DNA of 64,000 nt from Tubulanus polymorphus (lineage: Eukaryota; Animalia; Nemertea): positions 5,456,001-5,520,000 of the forward strand of contig NC_134029.1 of NCBI RefSeq assembly GCF_964204645.1, read 5' to 3'. Position 1 is the first letter of the stretch. Each line of letters begins with the position of its first letter. Made by a program: the position numbers and the translations under genes. The notes under the pieces are model-generated. The model was not told the origin of the DNA and ran no database searches. It saw nothing but the letters and a program-made list of their open reading frames with translations. This document shows positions 45,545 through 57,720 of the stretch, one piece after another.

Positions 45545-48500
45545 TCATCGACGTTTCACGTAAGGGGTTTGCTCATGGGTCGGTTTTGTTTGGTCCGGGT
45601 TTTCTACATTTCCATTAGGTTTACCGTCATACACGTACGGCTCCTTCTGTTCCCCGGCTTTACTGTTCCAAGAGAAAGACACCTTTTTAGGGTGCCCCCT
45701 TTTTATCGAAAACGGACTGTCGGATCCATCGAGACTATTAGCACCAGGAGTTTCAGGCGTGCAAGGACCGTCGCTAGAACCTGGTGTACTGGGACTGGCA
45801 ACAGGGGGCGTGCCGTTTTTATATCCAGGTAATTTAGACGGATCTAGCTGAATTTCTGAAGGGTCGTTCGGGTTTCCACTTTTCTTCTCAAGATTCTCTG
45901 ACTGATCCATCGAATCGCCGAGACCTTCGTCGATCTTAGTCGGTATACTTATTGGTTTGATACCGTTGCCTTTAACGTCGCCTGGGTCTTTAGATTTATC
46001 CATCTCCTGCTTACGGCGCATACTACCAGGTCTTGTGCTGCTGATTCCCTCTTCACTGATCGTATCCATTCCAGCCGCTCCCCCGGTGTCGATTGTCTTC
46101 TTGATTCGATCTATTGAAATCTGGCTTCTCTTTCGTCTTAAACGACCACCTAAAACGGTTTAGATAAGAAATAGACGTTTTCAATATGTTAGATAGTTAA
46201 AGCAGGAAGTTACTTTGCAAAAGTCAATATCCTGCATTCGAGGTTGAAAGTTAAAACTTGGATCTAGGAAGAAAGTAAACGATTATTCAACTTCTGATTT
46301 ATCGGCCGGGTATTCAGAACCCTAAATATATTTGCCATTTGGTGCGATATCATTTTACATATCCGGTAAAGGTTGCACAGATTTCCGGAAAAAGCCAAGT
46401 TCTCACTTTTAAGAAGTCGTAGGGGATCAAGAAAAGACATTCGATTTCTAAGATAGGCAATACCAGTGATACTAAGCGTGTGAATGATCAGCGTGTTGAG
46501 ATTGTACTTGGATTGAATTGAATTTGTGATCGTTGACATACGATAGTGTTAATATCAGCAGGACAGATGTTAGTGTTGGGAAGGTTTTGGGTTTTGCACA
46601 TGCGAAAGTTAACGTGAGCATCTTATGTGAATATAGCCACCAATATATCAGTATTTGTAGGTTCATGTAAAAATGATTTCGAGTCCCTGTTTCGCGGAAA
46701 CGCGTCAAACTGAATAGATAGGTCAGGTAAGAGTTTTTCGCTGAATATCCGTAAAACATATAGGAATTGTATAGAATGAACTGTGCTTTCAGAACAGCGC
46801 CCGCCTATCCTTTGAGCGATGTGATAACTTGAAAACAAATTAGAAAAATATCGATCGTTGTTTTCAGTGAGGTTAGACAAAGACTGCTCTGAACACTGCC
46901 ATTTTCGGTGGGTTTATTCTCATAAAGAAATTCATATATATATAGAAAGAGAGAGAGAGATATGCAGGAATATGCCAGAGAGAAATTAAATCGCCACAAT
47001 GAGATGAGGTAAAACAAACTGAAGACAAGCCTGACACCAAATATTCGATAGATTAAATCCATTAATTGCAAGGTGCATGCGCATTCGCCAGAACCGCCAT
47101 TCAACAGTTCAGGGAGACGGCTTTGATACAAAAAACTGGTGGCACTCAAAATAGAATATACAAAAAATACATGAATTCATTTTTCAATTTGTAATATAAC
47201 TGAACATTGAAAGCGAACTCATGCCAACACAAATCAAAGTAAAACTCTTGGCTTTGACCAGATTGATACTAACTACTTAAAAAACCATGCAACCGATATT
47301 GTCATTGTAAAAGTCATATAAGAAAACGAATTAAGATCCTATTATATATACAAGACGATTAAATATTCATCAAATTAACTTAACCATTCGACTGCCAATA
47401 TTGTACATGTAAATGTAGTCGTATAGAAGAAAACTTGATTTCATGTTGGCCACATACGTTAAGTTATCGATGAAGGCTAAGCCTATTCACATAGAATAGG
47501 TTGATTGAATATTTAATTCACAATGTGTACTGGGCTTTTATATGGCACAGAGGTTAACACGTCAATATTAAGTAACAAACAATAATTAATGTACCGATCA
47601 AAATGTCATATATGTGTATATCAAACCGAGCAAAATAAGTTGTTCTAACCAGTCCGCCACCCATTGGTGTCTAGAATCTACGAGAAATGTCAGTTGGAAA
47701 TAAGGTTCAATTTTCAAAATCGGATGCAAACTAAAGATTTAAATCTAAATTTTCATGAATGAATTCATCATGCAAATCGCAGATATAAAATGTGATCATT
47801 CAGCAAAAAAAATGATTAACAGCGGTATTCAAATGTTTTTTTTCTTTTCTGGGCTCTGACGTTTCCAAAACATAAATGATTTCAATCGAATACCAGAAAA
47901 GAATTCGAAAAACATTTGAAAACACACGTGCCGTTATAATTAGAAGATGAACATTTACATGATTCCCGACAACGAAAGAAAAATAGAACGCAGACCAAAA
48001 AGGGCTGGGGTATGAAAATTTAGCGAACGACTGCCGGTCCCTGATTGTGGAGGACAAAAAAGGAAAACGCGGATAAACCATTAACATTACACCGATTTTG
48101 AAGCTAATTCCAGAAAGTAGTACCTGTCATGGCGCCTCCATAGTTATTTGTGTTCTCGGCTTTGGTCGGTTCGTCCGTGTAGGCAACAACGAACGAGAAG
48201 TTTAGAATTTGTTTTTTTCTACTTTGGGGACAATGTTTGACTACTTGAACGAAATTAAAAACACTTCGTGCTTCGATGATATTGAAATTCTATTGGACAA
48301 AATATTCCAGTATCAAAACAGTTTATAAAATACTCTAATAAATCTAGTTGATTCACGTAACGTGTTGGTTGAAAGACATTTATTTCGTCATCATTCCTGG
48401 TCTGTGTTCATGGTTTTCCAATTTTTACCCAGTTTTGGTCAGGAAGATCTAAATTTCTTTCGACTTTTCTTACTGGTAGGTTTATTGTAGTTTCCATAAT

Positions 48501-51500
48501 TGGGCGTTTTCATTCCGTTATTCCGCAGTATTTCGAGCAACTCGTATCTGAACGCTGATATATCTTGTTTTATCTCATTCAAGTCGTCTTCGGTCACTCC
48601 CTCGTTATCTGTACTGCGCTGTCTAGCCATTATATAACGCTTTATGAGATCTTTGATCACTTGCTAAAAACGGAGAAAAAATATATTTTTGTCAAGTAAA
48701 AATCATATCTTAATTTGTTCCTCTGTTTTTCTATAACAGATATCGGGTTAAGCTTGTACACCGAGTCAGGAAACGCTAAGACGAGGATAAGCTCATTTTG
48801 GTCCTACACGAAAATATCGCAGTTCACGTACGGGTTTCCCTCACCACTAAGGTGTGGTTGACTATTTCAATAAGGGCGTGCGTCATTAATCACTGATGGT
48901 GTTATTTTACCTGGTATCTTGCTTCGCGTTCGTTAACCTTTTTAACAATTTTCTGAAAAGAATAATAAATACGAATCTTTAAACGCTGTAAGATAGATTA
49001 GTTTGGGTGAGTTCAGTGTATCTTTTACGATTGGCAGCTTTTAACACAGAAAGTGTCAATCGAATACATGGACGCACGTGGTGCTTTATATGATATATAT
49101 GATATGTGTTTTGAGAAGTAGAATTTTTTTACGATTTCCAAAATTTCAAATTGCTTTACTGTAATCGTCTTTTATAACTACAATAGCTATGACAGAGTCT
49201 GATTACTGTTACGACATTTTCAAAACCGATGAAGAATTATCCTTTCGTTGTTACATTTATTTTCCGGCAGATTATTGATAAGAAAGAAGTTTATTCGTAA
49301 TAGCACATAAAATAGTCTAGGTTTCTACTGTGTGTGAGAAGAGGAAGTGTAGTGTGTAGAGACAATTAGTCTGTGCAGCTATGATATCATGTTTGATTTA
49401 CAATTCTACGCAATTCCAGTGCGGCAGTGATGGGTGATAATATTACCGGGGATATCATAGTGTTAGGGAATCTTGACTGAATGCTGAGATTTGAGAACGC
49501 AGAGCTGTATGCAAAATTTAAAATTAGCTTGAATCACGCGATATATTTGATAATATTGGTAATACCAACCAGATGATCGGGGTTTGGTTTTAGATTTTTC
49601 ATTATCAAAATATCCGTTTCCTTTTCGTTTTAACAATATTGTATATTGTACATTTTAACCGTCTTAACCAGGGAGCGCCACCCTGTTTAAACTTAAGGAA
49701 CCAACGAAAGGAATGCCTTGAATTACCGTCTCCCGCTAAAATGCTAAGCACCGAAGTAAGCGAGATATAGAAAACTTTTAAAAATGAAGTAGAAAATATG
49801 TTTTAATATAAGATAAATGGTTTGTAACTCAAAAGACAAACAAACGAATAAAATAGGAAAGCAGATATTCATTTTTCCTTTAGATGAATGAAATGATACG
49901 ATGAGTATTTGAATATAAAAATATGAAAATACGAATGAAAACTAGGACATTTAAGACCATGAAGTTTTAATTCCAAAAGGTCCGTTTTATTGAGTCGGTG
50001 TCTTCCTGGGTCGGGTTCGAGTCCCAGAAATGCGAGGATTATGAAGCGTGTGTTACGAACTATCCGTGTTTGAAATGTGAAAAATCACGATTATACAGGC
50101 CGTGATAAAAACTAAGGACAGGTGTCTTGTGTAAACTGCCTGGGGCGGTTTCGGGTACCAGATGGTTAATTTACACTAACTAAAAACCTCTATTTAACGA
50201 CGTGTGTGCTGCCATCACATATCGCAAAACAGTGAAATCAAACGCCAGATTTGATATTCATAAATCACATCACGCGTTGAAGGTCGCAATATAACCCACG
50301 TGTAATTTATATGACATTGATGAGAATACTAGCAGGAAACATAATCAAAAATGCAACATATGCAAAATATCGTCTAAAATCGTCATGAAATAGAAATCTA
50401 TGACACCGATGAAATATTCGTTCATTTAATTCCATTCATTCCACATCGAAATCTACTAGTTTAAACATCGATATATAATGTTGATTCTACCATGGCCTCT
50501 AGAGCCCCACTGAAATTAATATCTATGCACACATAAAATCGGTCAACTAAAACAGTGATTATAAAAGTAAAAACTAAAAAATCTAAAACTTGCGCTAAAT
50601 CGAATTACGCGTGACTGGATGAGGTAAGGGGTACCAGTAGTTCGTGTCAAAATTTCATACGGATGAAGTGGAAGCGTAATATTCATCTCCAGATTCGAAT
50701 CTTCCAATTTAAGAAGTAAATTTAGATTTTTTACTTTTAGTCAAATTATACAGTTTTAGAAAAAGATTTTCTAATGTAAGCGATTGTATAATTCTCTCTT
50801 CAATCGTTTTTGCATTATTTGTGTTCTCCTTTCGAGTATCTAACGTATATCGTTTAAATCGAATGAATCCAATTGTTAATAATATTAAAATTATTATCAA
50901 AACATCTGAAAACAGTATTATTTAGATTTCTCTAATTCAAAGAAACTTCCTACAATTCAATTCAAACTGTATGTATATTTCTGACGTAAAATGCGTTCGA
51001 TTATCAAAGTTTCTTGTCATGAATCCAAGCGGTTCCCGCGAGGTTGTTCAATACTTCATGGCCTCAAATGAACTGATTATAAAAGTGAATCTATCACAAC
51101 AGAATTTATTACGAAATACAATCTAAGGTCATGCAATGAATGATCCAGATGTCCAGTAATCGTTCGTTTCACACAATTTCGCTTGTTCTATCACTTTTTT
51201 GCTTCAAAATTTCATTTGTTTAAAGACAAGGTGAACGTCTAGATTACATTAGGTTCGAAGAAGCTTTGATCATGGATATCATAGTTTACGGGCATATTTG
51301 CATTTGAAAAGTTTAGAATTGATCACGATTGATTTCACGATTCTGCGTTCTGAATCTAAATGTGCATGAAATGGACGACAATGGATCAATGTCGGATCTT
51401 CATGTAGCACGAACGATATTGAGAATCAAACGTTCGTTTGATTATGATATGAGGTAAATAATTTGATCGCGTAATACGTGTGGGTTGCATGTCTACCTGA

Positions 51501-54500
51501 TGCGTTCCCTGAAAATAACCGTAGAAAGTATTCTTAGTTTCATCCAGTCTTTTAATTTATGAATAGGATGAAAAATAAGGAAGAAAACAAGGAGATAAAT
51601 GTTATTCCTTTGAAAGAACTCGACCAATCATCATTTACCAAAGAGATCAACCAAACACGATGACCCTTACTTAAGAGCGGGTACATCGTTTGTCGACTAG
51701 CAATGATGATTTTTGAGTTCTAAATCTAACATTTAAATCCTTCGAGATGAAAGCAAATGCTAATAATTAATCATCAAAACCAATCAGTAACAACCTGTAA
51801 CCGAAAGCACAGATACTAAGCTGAAAATAAGTAAAATAAACATCGAACTCTTAGTAGAAAAAATTAACACACCGTAAAGGTTCATATTGCAATTCTGAAA
51901 CACAAAGTAGATAATACTAGGGCCGAAATAAAAGACATGATATCTATTTTCTAATACAGTAAAGGAGGGGCACTAGTAAGTAGTACTCGAACAAATCGAT
52001 TTGAAGGGTATTTGAAAAAGCTCATAAAACCCGGCATTTTTAATGATGTCATATTTTGATACCATATTTTTTCTATATACATATACATAAAATTTACCAT
52101 GGGAAAAACGTACGTCTTGGTTCTTTGCACCTAAAGCGTTGATATTGCGTTTTCCTCAAAATGGAAGGCGTTGGAAGAAAATTGCTTTTCTAAATATAGA
52201 TGTTTGTATTTTAATACGTGTACTGTATTTCAGTGCCCCACCCAGAAAATAGGCAAAACATACGCGTCATCCATCAAGTGCACTACGGGTCTATCAACTG
52301 ACGCATAGAACTGTTTTACCTGACGATTTTTCTTGAAGTGGTGAAAAAGAACAATTATATATAAATATTTTCTAGCAGAGATTTCTTTAAAACTGTCGTA
52401 AATGAATATGTTTGTCTTCTCTTTTTCATTTATGGATGCACAATGTTTTAGGTTTAAATTTTCTTTTTTTGAACGATCCATAATTAAGCGACAAAAATTG
52501 CTACAATATGCTCGGTGACTTTTTCTGAGAAATATTCTAGCAAATTGGCAAACCGATTATCAGCCAAGAACAGCTTTTCATTCTAAGTCATTGAGTTCGC
52601 GATATATGTATGTTATCTGGTAAAGATAAACTTTCTGCCATATGGCTTACCCATTCGTTTGGATAATAATGCCTTACCATATCGATATGAATCTTGACAT
52701 AATCTAATAGTAATCATTCAACTGCTAGGATTACCCGCACCAGCCTATAAACTTACTCTAATGCTTTGCCATCTACTACGCTTTTGCTGAGTGGTACAAC
52801 TGCACAGTTTATCTTTGAACCAGCGGAACAAGTATAACACGGATTTCGGACTCGGGATGATGTTGAACGGTACTGGAAGTGTACCACCCTCCTCGAAATA
52901 CGAAATCCACAACTTCGATCTGGCAAACTTCCATTCCATATCAGCAGCTTCCTTTTTTTGTAAAAAAAAAAACAACAACAAAGGCGATTATGCTGTGCTT
53001 CCATTTTGGTAAGAAAAAGAACAAAAATAAAAACGCTGTCTCTTATTATATAAACGTAATATTTTTCGAGATTTTCCATTGTAAATTTCTTCTTTGATGG
53101 GAAGAATTGTAATTTGTATTATGAGCAAATAAAACTACACACGTTAGAAAAAGATAGATAATGATAATTGATATATGATAGATAAATATCGGCGAAGGCT
53201 TAGAAATAGTTGAAAGCAATATTGTAAATGCTAGTGCTTACTGGTTGATAGTTGAAATGAATTTTTCAGTATTCTTTGATATGGCGAGCGCTCTTTGGAA
53301 TTTTACAGACAACAATGTACTTACTGAAATCTGCTGATACGAATTCGACATCATAGCGATTAACATATTTAGAAGTACGATAACCGAAATGAAGCAATAA
53401 CTGCCGAACATGAGCTTTCCGACGAATTCTGTGAATATATGTTTTTCTTTTTGAAGATACGTGCTGTCCAACTCAACAAGGCCGTACAGTGCCCAGTAAA
53501 GCGTCTGAGCTATCTCAAATAAACTGAAAAATTAACATTGATCGAATATATTTTCATTACAGCTAAATGAAAAGCCGAAAGTCTATATTAACTGCCAAAA
53601 CTATGTAGTGTTTCAAAACTTGGTGGTAATATTCATCCAAAATCAAACTTGACAAAATCAAATATGATGACAGAACAGGTGCACGTCCAGGTTGACCTTG
53701 GTTCCCAAACCTTGGTTTGGGAATCTTGTATTCAGGGATCCAGTTATTCGACCATGGACTCTATAGTTTCTACGTCCATGATTCGACAAATGGACGTTTT
53801 AGAGTCCATGATTCGACCGACCAAAATAACGGAGCCGTCAGTCATGAAAGTCATCGGGGTTTTTTCCCTCCGTATTGAAATTAAACCCGTTAACCCGACT
53901 TTTTCATTGGCAAAGCGCGTTACATTATTATACTCAGCGATCTTAGATCAAACGCGACCTTCTCGTAACTTACTTTGCAAAATACTTGTTCTTCGGTGAG
54001 CAGGCGGGGTTATCAATGATAGCCTGGCCCGATTGTGTCAGGTTACAACCTTTCATCTTTTCCTTTGCATAATACCAGTATAAATGATTGAGGCCGCACG
54101 AGAACGAAAACAGTACCAGGAAATACAGCGTGCAAAATTTCATGATGTCGACGACCATTCGCCCGATTGAGATTTGCAACGGTCCCAGGTGTGGATTCAT
54201 CGTAAAAATATAGACGAGTTTCAAAGAGCTGAAGATGTTGGCGGCTGCAAAAAGACTTTCTGCCACAAGTGTCGGTTCAAATGCGTCCCACAACATTCTT
54301 ACTTGTGTCCTGGCTTCGGATGGGTTAGGGTCGAAATATACCTATGGATAAAAATTTTAGCATCTCTCAAAAAGTGGTTACAATGAACTGAAATGAAACA
54401 ACAAAAGTATTGAATAATAAAGAAAAAATATTCAGAATTTGATTTATTTATCTATCTATTTCATTTCCGAAAGCAATGTGAGTGGATGAAAAGTACATAT

Positions 54501-56553
54501 AGAAAATGGGATGCGTCCTCTTTGCAATAGTTATGTGGAATGAATTTCATTATCTATCATGTTGTCCAGCCCTTGACCGAGTATACTAATAGAAAATTTG
54601 CTATGTTTCCAAACCAGTATACATTTTTTTCACTCATGCAGACTAGGAATATCACAACGTTGTATAACTTGTAACATTACTAAGTAAAATTATTAAAATG
54701 TTCTTGTAAAGACAGCACTCGTCGCTATGTTACGGCGTATATCATTTTATTTTTGTCACTCATATTGTCGAAAATTGTAGACCTCGAGTTTGGCAAATAA
54801 GCGTAAACGCTTAAATGCACACGGTAAGATAGGTCGATGGTAACGTATTGCTAATTACCGCTTCGTCATTAATTGGCAATTATCTAACCGTCTCAAAAAC
54901 GTTTAATTACCTTGTAAAATGCAACCACTCGCAATGTAATCATAGCCACGTACAACGAGTTCGTTACAAAATCCAATAAATTCATCATGTCTAATATGTA
55001 CGCTTTGCCGCCGTCTTTCCAAATCGTTTTTACCTCCGTCCATAAAAACCCTGTAAAATAGCATCAGTACGGCGCTTAATGATATCCATAACTTGTATCG
55101 CAACACCGAAAGCGACTTCTATTTCACATGTATCTTACCTATCACCCAAACTACGATAAACATTTCGACAATCGATGGCATCGAACCTCGTCTCTCTACG
55201 TGTGATGTCGTACCAAACGGCGGTAAAAATTCCGGTCCTTTATCACCGAAAAACGTAAATACATGCATCCTTTGTGATACCAAAATCAGAAGAACTGAAA
55301 AAGGCAAATACAGATGATTTATATACGTGTTGTACGAATGACCATTACCAGGAATATACACAGCAGTAAGGATAAGTGAGCAGCAAGGAAAATAAATTAG
55401 ATGAAAGACGAAACGTTTCTCTTGAAGCCAATTTCACGTAGTCCATTAGCCCTAACATCCTTATTCTATTGATGTGCACGTTGGTAAGCACGTTACGCTT
55501 GCCAGGGCTAGTTCTATTTACCTAAACTGTTTGCAACTACGTATCGTCTGGCTAAAGGCGGCCGTTCGTCTCATAGCATAGTATCTTTCTTATTTATGAT
55601 CGAGACGTGCTTTAGTGTCGTTTTTTTAGTCCAATTACTTACATAAGAACATCATATATGACGCCGTATGGCAGATGAACTTGATGAATGGTTTTTTGAG
55701 CATCGTTCCAAGTTTTGATTTCGGGGCGACTAAGTAGACCATTGAAAGAAATGGATAGCCAATAGCGAAGCCGAATATAACAGTAAGCTGTGTGATTATC
55801 ATACGCCGACGAAACGCCAGTAAACCCTCGTACCACAGCGAGGCGAGAAGCTGCTGACAGTGAGGATGAGATACGAACTAGAATGAAAATAAAAACCAGC
55901 GGTTGCATAAGATTAATCAGCGAGATGGTGGAAATGGATAAAGCAGAGATTAACTCATTTGAGTAGCGGGTCGGAGGTTCGCAATCTTTGCGCCGTGGAA
56001 AAAATAAACGGCTTCAATCAGTATACTTTACCGTTTTCTGTTTGTACTTGATGGCCAATTTCAAACGACTCAAGGTCATTTTATCATTTCCCGTCGCCTC
56101 GTTGGCAACAGGACCTTCCGTGTCGTGATTCAAAACAGTCTGTAACTCGTGCGATCCTCGAGTCTGTTCTAGTAACGCCGTAGCAAACTCCTGGCATTGT
56201 TTCGCCAGTTCTTCGTAATCATTTTTAAATTCGTTTTCAAGGCGACTCAGACGTTTCAATTCCCAGCTCAACTCGAAGGCTGTCAGTATCGGGTCTTTAC
56301 TAGACAAGGCAATCAACGAAGGACTAGCCAGAGCGCGATATGCATTGATTCTGGAACGGGAATGACAAAGACTATCTTCCGAACTGCTCTGTATACAGTC
56401 CTTGCAGCTGCATCGTACGTCATGGGGTTTTGGTATCTTGTCGCCCCGGTCCAACAGAATTTTAATCACTTCATAATTGTCCTTGTGAGCGGCAAGGATG
56501 ATCGGAGTTATATCTGGAGTGAACGACGTTGATGGATATCCGCCGAGAAACCC
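45545..56553 (-). CDS. Transient receptor potential canonical channel (TRP-gamma/TRPC-like), 5' exons outside window
   Basis: Exons ~56553-56032, 55878-55643, 55276-55139, 55050-54911, 54341-53974, 53523-53325, 52951-52757, 48952-48911, 48664-48474, 46149-45545. Motifs: [13 protein letters not shown] (ankyrin), [42 protein letters not shown], pore [27 protein letters not shown] box [24 protein letters not shown], coiled coil [21 protein letters not shown]. Confidence 0.93.
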
Positions 56554-57314
56554 CTGGAAAACAATTTAGAAAATATGAAAATGAATTCATGAATACAGTT
56601 TCAATCAATTTTAGATAATGATGAAGTGTATTTGTTTTGGTTATGGTGTATGTCAGGCATTATGATGTGTTTGTCTTGTTCATGAGGATGATTGGGGACA
56701 TAGACGTATTACGCAATTATTTTATTCTTGTTTACGATGCAGTTTAACTGTCCTCATTCGAGTGATGATACATATTTAGTTATTTCAGCTATTAATTGTT
56801 TGCGTCAGTACGCCCAGAATCACTCCCTAAATACGTCGACGCATCAGGTATTCAAACTGGCTGTTCCACATCGGCGAGTTCCATTTATCAGCGACTGTTA
56901 TATCGCCAGTGGTCTTCGGTGTGCCATCAGAATCTACTCGAAGCTGTCCCGCGATAGTGACATGATGAATTCCACGACCAGGAAATTAAACAACGTATAT
57001 TGCCGTGTAGATAACTCGTTACAATGATGTCCTGTCTAATCGACAAGACGAGAAAAGAGCGATAATGAGGGATTCACTCTCCTCTTTATCTACACCATAC
57101 ACTATCAGATACCATATCTTATATCACAATATTTCATTTAATATATTACTTCTGCTACTTCTTATTGTAATAAAATCGTTGATGAAATATCATTAAGGTT
57201 ATTATCATTGTTGTTATTATCATCGTTGTATATAAGTTAAATCAAGTAGAAATGCACGATTTTCGATCCGAGCAGTTTCTTTACAATTTCTAACGTCCTA
57301 TTTTTCTTCATCTA

Positions 57315-57720
57315 GAACCTTAGTGTCTACTGTACCACAGTACCAACAAAGACAATATTCCACCCATGTATAATGTTGGATACTATTGTGTTCACTTCAA
57401 GAGGAAGCTCAATCTTTCAGATAGAATTCAGTCGGAGAGGGTTTTGAACATACACGAAGTAGAAATTCAAAAAGTTCCGGTAACCCAGATATGTCTACTA
57501 AGTTTAGAAGAATAATTCATACTGACCCCCCTCAAAACCGATAACCCCCCTCCATTGTAACCTGATGTTACCCCGGTTGGGCACACTGGATCGTAAATCA
57601 CTGTGGATGTTTCAACCACTTCCAGGACTGGGTGAAATTTGTTCAAACTTTTAACGCTTAAATACTGGGAAACTTTTCTCTAGCTGCTTAAGTGGGACTT
57701 GAGTATTGCGGTTATGATCT
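57315..57720 (+). pseudogene. Highly decayed LINE reverse-transcriptase fragment (CR1/L2-like)
   Basis: Contains relics resembling RT motifs (LVSTVPQ for SGVPQG; QDWVK; an AKYLG...LKW-like stretch) and shares two nucleotide blocks with 63800-63900. It is interrupted by stops and frameshifts. Confidence 0.4.

Noticed and set aside
45480-45547. Stop-codon readthrough of the TRP gene
   Set aside because: The TGA is followed by AAA, not a leaky context, and the extension is short and featureless.
53730-53830. Short direct and inverted repeats (gtccatgattcgac x2) and a 116 aa ORF
   Set aside because: Too few and too irregular for any array; best explained as a MITE fragment in a TRP intron.
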